DNA from: Geobacter sulfurreducens PCA
GTDB lineage: Bacteria; Desulfobacterota; Desulfuromonadia; Geobacterales; Geobacteraceae
NCBI RefSeq assembly: GCF_000007985.2
Contig: NC_002939.5
Span: forward strand, 2,400,001-2,432,000
Direction of reading: 5' to 3'
DNA length: 32,000 nt
The position numbers were made by a program, and so were the translations under genes. Of this stretch, positions 25,525 to 32,000 are shown one piece after another. A model generated the notes under the pieces. The model was not told where the DNA came from. It searched no databases and worked only from the letters and a program-made list of their open reading frames with translations. The first letter of the stretch is position 1. The number at the start of each line of letters is the position of its first letter.

Positions 25525-27660
25525 TCAGTAGAGCCGCTGGTGGCACCTGACGCAGTTGACCGGATCGCTAACGGTGAAGGCCATGCTGAAGCCGTGGCAG
25601 GCACCGCAGGATTTGCCCTGCTCCATCTCCTTCATGGTGGAGGATTTCCGGCCGGCCCCGGCGGTGACGATCGTGCCGTGGCAGTCGCTGCAGGCGTATC
25701 CCTTGGCGGTGTGGTTGCGGTGGCTGAACAGAACGCTCCCCACGTCGGCGGGGAGATCGTACTTGATCCCCTTGGTGGCGGGATGGCACCTGTCGCAGCC
25801 GGCGGTGACGGGAAACGCAGCCGATCCGTCGTGACAGGCGCCGCAGGAGGTGCCCCTCTCCATCTCCGCCATGGTAACGCGCCGGTTGTCGGGACCGGGC
25901 CGGTAGAGGGCATCGTGACAGTCACCGCAGCCATGTACCTTGAGATGGACGTCATGGCTGAAGCGGGCGCCGGACGGCGTAAAGGGGATGTCTTTCACCG
26001 GGTGGCATCTGGTGCAGTTCTCCCTGACGGTGAAGGCGACCTTGCCGTCGTGGCAGGCGCCGCAGGACTCGCCCTTCTCCATGGCGGCCATAGTGACACG
26101 CCGGGCCGTGACTCCGGCGCCGACGACGGCATTGTGACAGTCCACGCAGGAATAGAGGGCCGTATGGGAGCTGTGGCTGAATCGGGTTATGCCGGTCTGT
26201 TTTACGGGGATGGCCACCTCTACGGTCTCCCGGTGGCACGCGCCGCACTTCCCGCGGACCGAGAAGGCGGATGTGCCGTCATGGCAGGCGCCGCAGGAAT
26301 TCCCCTGTTCCATCTGGGGCATGGTCCACCGGCGGTTGCCGGGGCCGGCCTTGAACAGATCGTTGTGACAGTCGCCGCAGGTGTTGGCCTCCAGATGTTT
26401 CACATGGGGAAAATACGAATTGGCCGCCATGTTCACGTCGCGCAGGGGGTGGCATCTGCTGCAGCTGTCCGCGGCCGTTGCCGGGAAGGCGCTTTTACCG
26501 TCGTGACAGGCGCCGCACGACAAGCCCTTGCCCATGTCGGCCATGGTGGCGCCCACACGGGCCGCACCGGTGGTGAAAATGCCGTTGTGGCAGTCGCCGC
26601 AGCCATACATCTGCCGGTGCGCGTCGTGACTGAAGACCACATTCCCCGCCACGGCCGTCCTGAAGCTGACATCACGGGTCTTCGGGTGACAGCGGTCACA
26701 GTTGCCGGTCACACCGAAAACGGTCTTATCCTCGTGGCAGACGCCACAGGAACGCCCCTGTTCCATATCCTTCATGGTGTAACGCCTGCTGGCGGCCCCG
26801 CCGATAAAGATGCCGCTGTGGCAGCTGTCGCAGTTGAGGAGCTGTGTGTGGAGCTTGTGGCTGAACATGGCGTCGTGGGCGGCGAAGGACACCTCCCTCA
26901 CATTGGCGTGACACCGGTCGCAATCCCCCTTGACCGAGAAGGCGGTATTGCCGTTGTGGCACCCCCCGCATGATTTTTGAGTCTCCATCTCCTGCATGGT
27001 ATAGCGCCGGCTGTCAGGGCCGGCCGTGAAAAGCCTCCCGTGGCACTCGCCACAGCCGTAGCCGGCTGCCAGATGGAGCGTGTGACTGAACGTAGCTGAT
27101 GCCGCAAAGGTGATGTCACGGACCACATGGCACCTGGTGCAGTCCCCCTTGACCGAAAAGGCAGTGCTGCCGTCATGGCAGGCGCCGCACGATTTCCCCT
27201 GCTCCATGGCCTTCATGGATACATTGGGGTTGTTGGTTGCCGCCCTGAAGACGGCATTGTGGCAATCGGCACATCCGTAGGCCCCGAGGCCCAGATGGAA
27301 GGCGTGGCTGAAGACCACTGCGCCGAAGTTGGGGATGTCGATGGGGACTTCTTTGGTCACATGACAGCGGGTGCACGCCGGCAGGCCGAAGGCGCGCTTG
27401 CCGTTGTGGCAGGCGCCGCACGAAGCACCCTGCTCCATGGCCTTCATGGTGACCGGCGCAGCCTTATCGCCAATCTTGAAGAGCGTGTTGTGGCAAAGGG
27501 TGCAGTTGTTGCCCAGGGACTTGAGGTGAACGGGGTGGCTGAAGGCAACCGTGCCCGCGGTCTCAGTGGCGAACGTGACGATCTTGTAGTCACGGGCAAA
27601 GAGAATGACGGGAAGAAACAAAAGCACGATGGCAGGGACAAGAAGGCGTAGGCGTTTCAC
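25525..27660 (-). CDS. 27-haem c-type cytochrome, polymer of nine c7-type triheme domains
   Basis: 27 CXXCH motifs counted. The ORF-track start is a TTG at 27699. I prefer the GTG at 27660 (GGGAG 5 nt upstream), giving the signal peptide (M)[23 protein letters not shown]. Matches my recollection of G. sulfurreducens GSU2210. Confidence 0.9.
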   Translation of the reverse strand: MKRLRLLVPAIVLLFLPVILFARDYKIVTFATETAGTVAFSHPVHLKSLGNNCTLCHNTLFKIGDKAAPVTMKAMEQGASCGACHNGKRAFGLPACTRCHVTKEVPIDIPNFGAVVFSHAFHLGLGAYGCADCHNAVFRAATNNPNVSMKAMEQGKSCGACHDGSTAFSVKGDCTRCHVVRDITFAASATFSHTLHLAAGYGCGECHGRLFTAGPDSRRYTMQEMETQKSCGGCHNGNTAFSVKGDCDRCHANVREVSFAAHDAMFSHKLHTQLLNCDSCHSGIFIGGAASRRYTMKDMEQGRSCGVCHEDKTVFGVTGNCDRCHPKTRDVSFRTAVAGNVVFSHDAHRQMYGCGDCHNGIFTTGAARVGATMADMGKGLSCGACHDGKSAFPATAADSCSRCHPLRDVNMAANSYFPHVKHLEANTCGDCHNDLFKAGPGNRRWTMPQMEQGNSCGACHDGTSAFSVRGKCGACHRETVEVAIPVKQTGITRFSHSSHTALYSCVDCHNAVVGAGVTARRVTMAAMEKGESCGACHDGKVAFTVRENCTRCHPVKDIPFTPSGARFSHDVHLKVHGCGDCHDALYRPGPDNRRVTMAEMERGTSCGACHDGSAAFPVTAGCDRCHPATKGIKYDLPADVGSVLFSHRNHTAKGYACSDCHGTIVTAGAGRKSSTMKEMEQGKSCGACHGFSMAFTVSDPVNCVRCHQRLY
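25540..27591 (-). repeat. Nine tandem repeats of about 225-240 nt, each encoding one triheme c7-like domain
   Basis: Each unit reads FSH..H - CxxCH - TM..ME.G.SCG.CH - ...C.RCH. The block (T/S)M..M(E/G)....SCGxCH occurs nine times ([135 protein letters not shown]). Confidence 0.9.
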
Positions 27661-27754
27661 GGGAACTCCCGGATGAGTGAGGAGTAGACGCGCCGGCAAT
27701 CCGGCGGCGACTCATCGTTTTTTTCCCGGCATGCGGCGCGCGGATTCCAGTGGG

Positions 27755-28141
27755 TCATGGATTCGGGGATATCCCGAGCAATTCTCTTGCCACCGACAGG
27801 ACCCTGCCTGCCTGGATCGGCTTGGTAATGTAGGCGTTTGCGCCCAGGGCAAGTGCCCGCTCCCGGTCCTCGGCGGCCCCCTCGGTGGTGATGATGGCAA
27901 TGGGCAGGTGACGATGGGAGGGATCGCTCCGGACGAGGCTCACCAGCTTGAGACCGTCCATGACCGGCATATTGATATCGGTGAGGATGAGATCGATGGC
28001 ATGGGCGGAGAGCTTCTTGAGACCATCCACCCCATCGGACGCCTCCACGATGGAAATCCCCGGAATCCGCTTCAGGGCAAAGGCGATCAGTTGTCGCATG
28101 GTCGGTGAATCTTCCACGATCAGTACGGTTTTTTCCGCCAT
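27755..28141 (-). CDS. cheY: CheY-like single-domain response regulator
   Basis: ATG at 28141 with GAGGAG upstream. The track's TTG at 28165 abuts the upstream stop. VLIVEDSPTMRQL, LILTDINMPVMDG and ITKP are the REC-domain acidic pocket, phospho-Asp and Lys. Confidence 0.85.
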   Translation of the reverse strand: MAEKTVLIVEDSPTMRQLIAFALKRIPGISIVEASDGVDGLKKLSAHAIDLILTDINMPVMDGLKLVSLVRSDPSHRHLPIAIITTEGAAEDRERALALGANAYITKPIQAGRVLSVARELLGISPNP

Positions 28142-28168
28142 GATGAACGTCTCCTCAGAACACAACTG

Positions 28169-28993
28169 CTACGTGGTCAGCAGATTGATGAAGCCCTGCA
28201 TGGTGGAGAGCTTGCGCTCGGAGTCCGAATAGATGCGGGAGCTGAAAATAGCCGTGGCCGCGTGCCCCGCCAGGAGCGTGAACAACTCGTAGTCGACGCT
28301 GGCGAAGCTCTTTTTCTGGATCAGAAGCTTGTAGATGGCGATGACGCCGATGACGTGCTCCTTGATCTTCAGCGGAATGCAGACCATCGGCCGCAGCAGG
28401 TCCCGCTCGTAGGTCTCCGGCCCCTCGGCGAAGTAGTTCTCGCCGGTGCCGGCAGCGATACCGATGACGCCCTCGCCCAGGCGCACCCGGGGAAGTTCCT
28501 CCAGCGAGATCCCTTCGGCGGCGACGGCGTCCAGGCTGCCGGTCTTCTCATCGACGAGCATCACGGCGAACTCCTCGGCACCAATCAGGTTGATGATGAT
28601 CTCGGTGATTATCTGGAGCACTTCGCTAAAATCGAGGGTCGAGTGGAGCTGGTAGCTGGCAATATAGAGATTGGCCAGATTGTTGTTCTCCTCCTCGATC
28701 TCCACGTAGCGGGCGGCGAAATCGTTATTCTCCGCCTCGATCTGCCGGATCTGGCCGATGATTTCCGCTATTTCCCGCTCAAGCTCCTCTACCCGGGCGG
28801 CAAGTTTGCGGTTCTCGACGGCCAAGGCCGCCGCTACCCCCTCGCCCTTCTGGTCGGCCTCCAGTTGGAGGGTCCGGAACCGGAGACGCTCATTTTCCCG
28901 GAGCAGCTCCTGGGTGAACTCCGCCCCCTTCTTGAATGCCTGAAGAAACTCATCGGCCCGCGCCAGCAGCCCCTTTTCCTCTTCCACTGACAT
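28169..28993 (-). CDS. Coiled-coil plus GAF-domain protein
   Basis: 274 aa, with RBS AGGAG 6 nt upstream. The N-terminal 110 aa or so are heptad-rich (LRENERLRFRTLQLEADQ..., RVEELEREIAEIIGQIRQIEAEN). The C-terminal GAF-like part reads IINLIGAEEFAVMLVDEKTG...GEGVIGIAAGTGE...PLKIKEHVIGVIAIYKLL. Confidence 0.7.
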   Translation of the reverse strand: MSVEEEKGLLARADEFLQAFKKGAEFTQELLRENERLRFRTLQLEADQKGEGVAAALAVENRKLAARVEELEREIAEIIGQIRQIEAENNDFAARYVEIEEENNNLANLYIASYQLHSTLDFSEVLQIITEIIINLIGAEEFAVMLVDEKTGSLDAVAAEGISLEELPRVRLGEGVIGIAAGTGENYFAEGPETYERDLLRPMVCIPLKIKEHVIGVIAIYKLLIQKKSFASVDYELFTLLAGHAATAIFSSRIYSDSERKLSTMQGFINLLTT

Positions 28994-29038
28994 GTCTCGC
29001 TCCTATGCCCCTTCAGCACTCAGGCTAAGAGGGATCGG

Positions 29039-30154
29039 TCAATCGACGTCGCTGAGAAGACCGCACCGCTGTATAATCTCGCGGGACATGCGGTCCAATG
29101 ACACTATCTTGTCAACCACCCCGGTGGCAATGGCCTCCTTGGGCATACCGAAGACCACCGCCGTCTCTTCAGCTTCGGCCAAGGTCTGCCCCCCTGCCCG
29201 ATTGATGGCCGCGACCCCTTTGCTGCCGTCATTCCCCATACCGGTGAGCACCACGCCCAGCGTACGCGGACCAAAGACCTCGGCGCAGGAAAGGAGCATG
29301 GCATCCACGGACGGCACGTAGCGGTCATCCGTGCCCGGCTTCACGATCCGGGCACGCACCTCGCTCCCCTGACGCTCGAAGACCATATTGTGCCCGCCGG
29401 GGGCGATGAGCACCCGCCCGGCCCGCACCTCGTCACCGTCCGCTGCCTCGCATATCTCAAGGGGTGACAGCCGGTTCAGACGCTCCGCAAATGTCCGCGT
29501 GAATCCCGCCGGCATGTGTTGAGAGACCACGACCGCCTGGGGAAACGCCCCCGGCAGAGCACAGAGTATCCGCTGAAGTGCCGGCGGCCCTCCCGTGGAA
29601 GCACCGATGGCCACCACCTCCAGGCGCCCGGCGGGGCGGGGAGCGGTACTCTCGGTTCGCACGGCTGCTTTTGCATACGGCGCGGAGCCGGAGGTCCTGC
29701 GGCCGGCCGCGACAGAAGCTCGCTCCTGTTCCCGCTCGCGACGAACGATGCCCGCCAGGTTCAGGTGGATGACGCCGCGCACCTTGCGATGAAGGTCCTC
29801 GCGGATGGTGAGAATCTCCTCGGACACCCCCTTCGTGGGTTTTGCCACAAAGTCAACTGCACCCAGTTCCAACGCCCGGAACACCTTCTCGTCCTCGCTC
29901 CTGGAACTGATGACGATGACGGCGGTGGGAGAGTATTCCATCACGATCCGCAGGAGGGTGAACCCGTCCATCCTGGGCATCTCAAGATCGAGGGTCACCA
30001 GGTCCGGTTTCAAGTCGATAATTTTGCGGATACCCTCCTCGCCGTCGGTGGCATACCCGATCACCTCCACCTCGGGCATGCTTTCGAGCATCTTGGTGAT
30101 GGCGCGGCGGCTGTAGGCCGAATCGTCGATGACCACGACCCTGATCTTTCTCAT
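29039..30154 (-). CDS. cheB: Chemotaxis protein-glutamate methylesterase (REC plus CheB catalytic domain)
   Basis: 371 aa. The REC domain has VVVIDDS and [13 protein letters not shown]. The catalytic domain has [18 protein letters not shown] and GMGNDG. An ATGA overlap with cheR lies at 30151-30154. Confidence 0.9.
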   Translation of the reverse strand: MRKIRVVVIDDSAYSRRAITKMLESMPEVEVIGYATDGEEGIRKIIDLKPDLVTLDLEMPRMDGFTLLRIVMEYSPTAVIVISSRSEDEKVFRALELGAVDFVAKPTKGVSEEILTIREDLHRKVRGVIHLNLAGIVRREREQERASVAAGRRTSGSAPYAKAAVRTESTAPRPAGRLEVVAIGASTGGPPALQRILCALPGAFPQAVVVSQHMPAGFTRTFAERLNRLSPLEICEAADGDEVRAGRVLIAPGGHNMVFERQGSEVRARIVKPGTDDRYVPSVDAMLLSCAEVFGPRTLGVVLTGMGNDGSKGVAAINRAGGQTLAEAEETAVVFGMPKEAIATGVVDKIVSLDRMSREIIQRCGLLSDVD

Positions 30155-31020
30155 GGCCGGCCTCCCGGAGGGAGAGGTTTCTGGTAGACCATGTCGTTCT
30201 TCAGGTGCTTGAGGGCAAACGCCGTGGATATGTTCATCAGCGATTCGGAATGGCCGAGCAACAGGTAGCCTCCGTCCCGCAGGACGCGGTGGAAGGAATC
30301 AATCACCGTCTTGCGGGCGGCCTGGTCGAAGTAGATGATGACGTTGCGGCAGAAGATAACGTCCATGCGGCCCAGAAGCGCGATGCGGTTGGTATCGAGA
30401 AGGTTGAGGTGGCTGATGGTGACCAGTTCGCGGACCCTGTCGTTGACCCGGAACATGCCGTCCTGTTCGGTGAAGTAGCGGCGGACATATCCCTCGTCGG
30501 TGACCCGGAACGATGACTTGCCGTAGACCCCCTTGCGGGCCTGCTGAATCACCCGCTGGCTGATGTCGGTTCCGATGATTTCCACGTGCCAGCCGGCAAA
30601 GCCACCCATTTCCAGCAGAAGCATGGCAATGGTGTATGGCTCCTCGCCACTGGAGCAGCCGGCGCTCCAGATCCGGAGCGTCCGGTCGCCGGCCTTGGCC
30701 TTGGCGTCGCGGATTTCAGGGATTATCTCCTGGGTGAAGGCTTTGAGCTGGAACGCCTCGCGGAAGAAATAGGTCTCGTTGGTGGTGAGGACATCCATGA
30801 TGTCCGAGAGTTCCTGGTCCTTCTTCCGGTTGTAGCGGAGGAAATGGTAGTAGTCCCGGAACCCCGACAGCTGGTGCAGTTGCACCCTCTTGGCCAGGCG
30901 CTTTTCCAGAAGATAGGCCGAGTCGCTGTCGAAGAAGAGACCGCAGTGGCTGTAAATGAGGTCCCGGATGAGGCGGAACTCCTCATCTGACATGGGTATT
31001 TCGGGCTCGAAGGTAAACAT
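30151..31020 (-). CDS. cheR: Chemotaxis protein methyltransferase
   Basis: 289 aa. CheR N-domain ([23 protein letters not shown]). SAM-binding [20 protein letters not shown] and [11 protein letters not shown]. Confidence 0.9.
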   Translation of the reverse strand: MFTFEPEIPMSDEEFRLIRDLIYSHCGLFFDSDSAYLLEKRLAKRVQLHQLSGFRDYYHFLRYNRKKDQELSDIMDVLTTNETYFFREAFQLKAFTQEIIPEIRDAKAKAGDRTLRIWSAGCSSGEEPYTIAMLLLEMGGFAGWHVEIIGTDISQRVIQQARKGVYGKSSFRVTDEGYVRRYFTEQDGMFRVNDRVRELVTISHLNLLDTNRIALLGRMDVIFCRNVIIYFDQAARKTVIDSFHRVLRDGGYLLLGHSESLMNISTAFALKHLKNDMVYQKPLPPGGRP

Positions 31021-32000
31021 TAGCGCAGACCGCCGAGCAGAGTTTGGAGTTCGTCGCGCACCAGTTCATCCTGCTCTCGCTGGAGGGCGACAGTGAGGTG
31101 CGGCATCGCCTCGCGGCCCAGAAGACGGGTCATGGCCCTGGCGAAACTGATCCGGACATCCCAGTGGGAATGGCTCAGGAGGCGATCCCGATAGGCATTC
31201 ACCCAATCGCTGCCGTCGTTCGCCAGCAGATCGATCGCCACCTTGACCACCTCTTCGTCGCTGCTATCAAGCCCACGCTTCACCAGACGCACCGCCCGAT
31301 CGCCCTCGATCTCGGAGAGCGTCTCCAGGGCCGTGATCATCACCACCCCATCGGCGGAATCGATCAGCCGCTCGATAGCGTCAAGTGACCGCTCCCCGCC
31401 GATCCGGCCAAGGCTCCTCAGGGAGGCGCACCGGACCCACGGATCCTCATCATCCAGGGACAGGATCAGGGGTTCCACCGCCTCACCCCCGCCGATCTCG
31501 CCGAGGCCCGAGGCTGCCGCGATCCTCACGTCCGGGTCTTCGTCCACCAGTGCCATCACCAGATTGGACACGCTTTCTGGGAGATGCTGATCCGCCAGGG
31601 CCGACACGGCGCTGCGCCGCACCAGGGGGTCTTCATCCTTCATCAGGAGCGCCAGACGGTCCGCATCGCCCAGGGAAGCGTAAAGCCGAACCGCGTCGTG
31701 CCGCGAACCGGTGGCTGGCGAATCGGCGAGTTTACGGGCTATGGCCCTCACTCCGGCCGGCTCGGCCGGGGCAAGGCGGATGAGGCCATTAATGGCCCCT
31801 TCGCGCACATCGTGCTCCCGGTCATCAAGCAGGGCCGCGATGGACCCCATCAGGGACAAGATACCGATCTTCCCCGCCGCCACGGCAGCAGCCTTGCGCA
31901 TCATGGGCCGGGTGCTCTCCATGGCCGCACCGAGGAGATCGGCACACCCGGTGAAGCCGAGCTCACCCCAAACCTGGATGATGATCGACTTTTCCTCGTC
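31020..32000 (-). CDS. HEAT/PBS-lyase-repeat protein (5-prime end runs off the window)
   Basis: Repeated D(E/D)DP.VR..A...L(G/A)..G units (DEDPLVRRSAVSALAD, DEDPDVRIAAASGLGEIG, DEDPWVRCASLRSLGRIG). The frame stays open from 31922 to 32000, so the true start may lie outside the window. Its TAA shares one base with the cheR ATG (TAATG). Confidence 0.7.
   Translation of the reverse strand, partial: DEEKSIIIQVWGELGFTGCADLLGAAMESTRPMMRKAAAVAAGKIGILSLMGSIAALLDDREHDVREGAINGLIRLAPAEPAGVRAIARKLADSPATGSRHDAVRLYASLGDADRLALLMKDEDPLVRRSAVSALADQHLPESVSNLVMALVDEDPDVRIAAASGLGEIGGGEAVEPLILSLDDEDPWVRCASLRSLGRIGGERSLDAIERLIDSADGVVMITALETLSEIEGDRAVRLVKRGLDSSDEEVVKVAIDLLANDGSDWVNAYRDRLLSHSHWDVRISFARAMTRLLGREAMPHLTVALQREQDELVRDELQTLLGGLR

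Noticed and set aside
25400-25546. N-terminal extension of leuS (ORF track 22925..25546) that would overlap the 3-prime end of the cytochrome gene.
   Set aside because: The extension ([21 protein letters not shown]...) is unlike any LeuRS N-terminus and runs through the cytochrome terminator. The GTG at 25399 has a strong GGTGGAGGTG RBS and yields the conserved QERY...KWQ..W start.

Overview
High-GC (about 60%) chromosomal window of a Geobacter-type deltaproteobacterium. The gene order and the 27-haem cytochrome next to leuS match my recollection of Geobacter sulfurreducens (the GSU2210 neighbourhood), but I cannot verify that here. Positions 1-11.9 kb are ordinary: an orphan Cys-rich histidine kinase, an aldolase-II-like gene, tungsten-type aldehyde:ferredoxin oxidoreductase, a HAD phosphatase, a ferritin-like protein, guaB-guaA, an M42 peptidase, a DUF151-like protein and miaB. 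Positions 11.9-20.9 kb are the interesting part, an island of exported proteins wedged between miaB and rpsT. It has three pieces. (i) A low-GC coiled-coil plus beta-barrel outer-membrane protein, a tiny secreted protein ending in Cys, and an octahaem cytochrome. (ii) A LysR regulator. (iii) Divergent from LysR, an MtrA/PioA-family decahaem cytochrome with a lipoprotein signal, followed by a large MtrB/PioB-sized barrel. The barrel's reading frame is interrupted by a single in-frame TGA at 20382-20384. It then continues for 145 codons to a canonical C-terminal ...GYKF beta-signal, and a SECIS-like hairpin follows the TGA. That points to either selenocysteine recoding or a fresh nonsense mutation. 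Positions 20.9-32 kb hold rpsT, holA-lptE-leuS, a 27-haem cytochrome built of nine tandem c7-like triheme domains, and directly upstream of it a che-like operon (HEAT-repeat protein, CheR, CheB, coiled-coil GAF protein, CheY). I found no terminator between that operon and the cytochrome gene. I saw no tRNA/rRNA genes, CRISPR arrays or transposase-like ORFs. ORF-track coordinates include the stop codon. Several starts were moved to internal ATG/GTG codons with better ribosome-binding sites.
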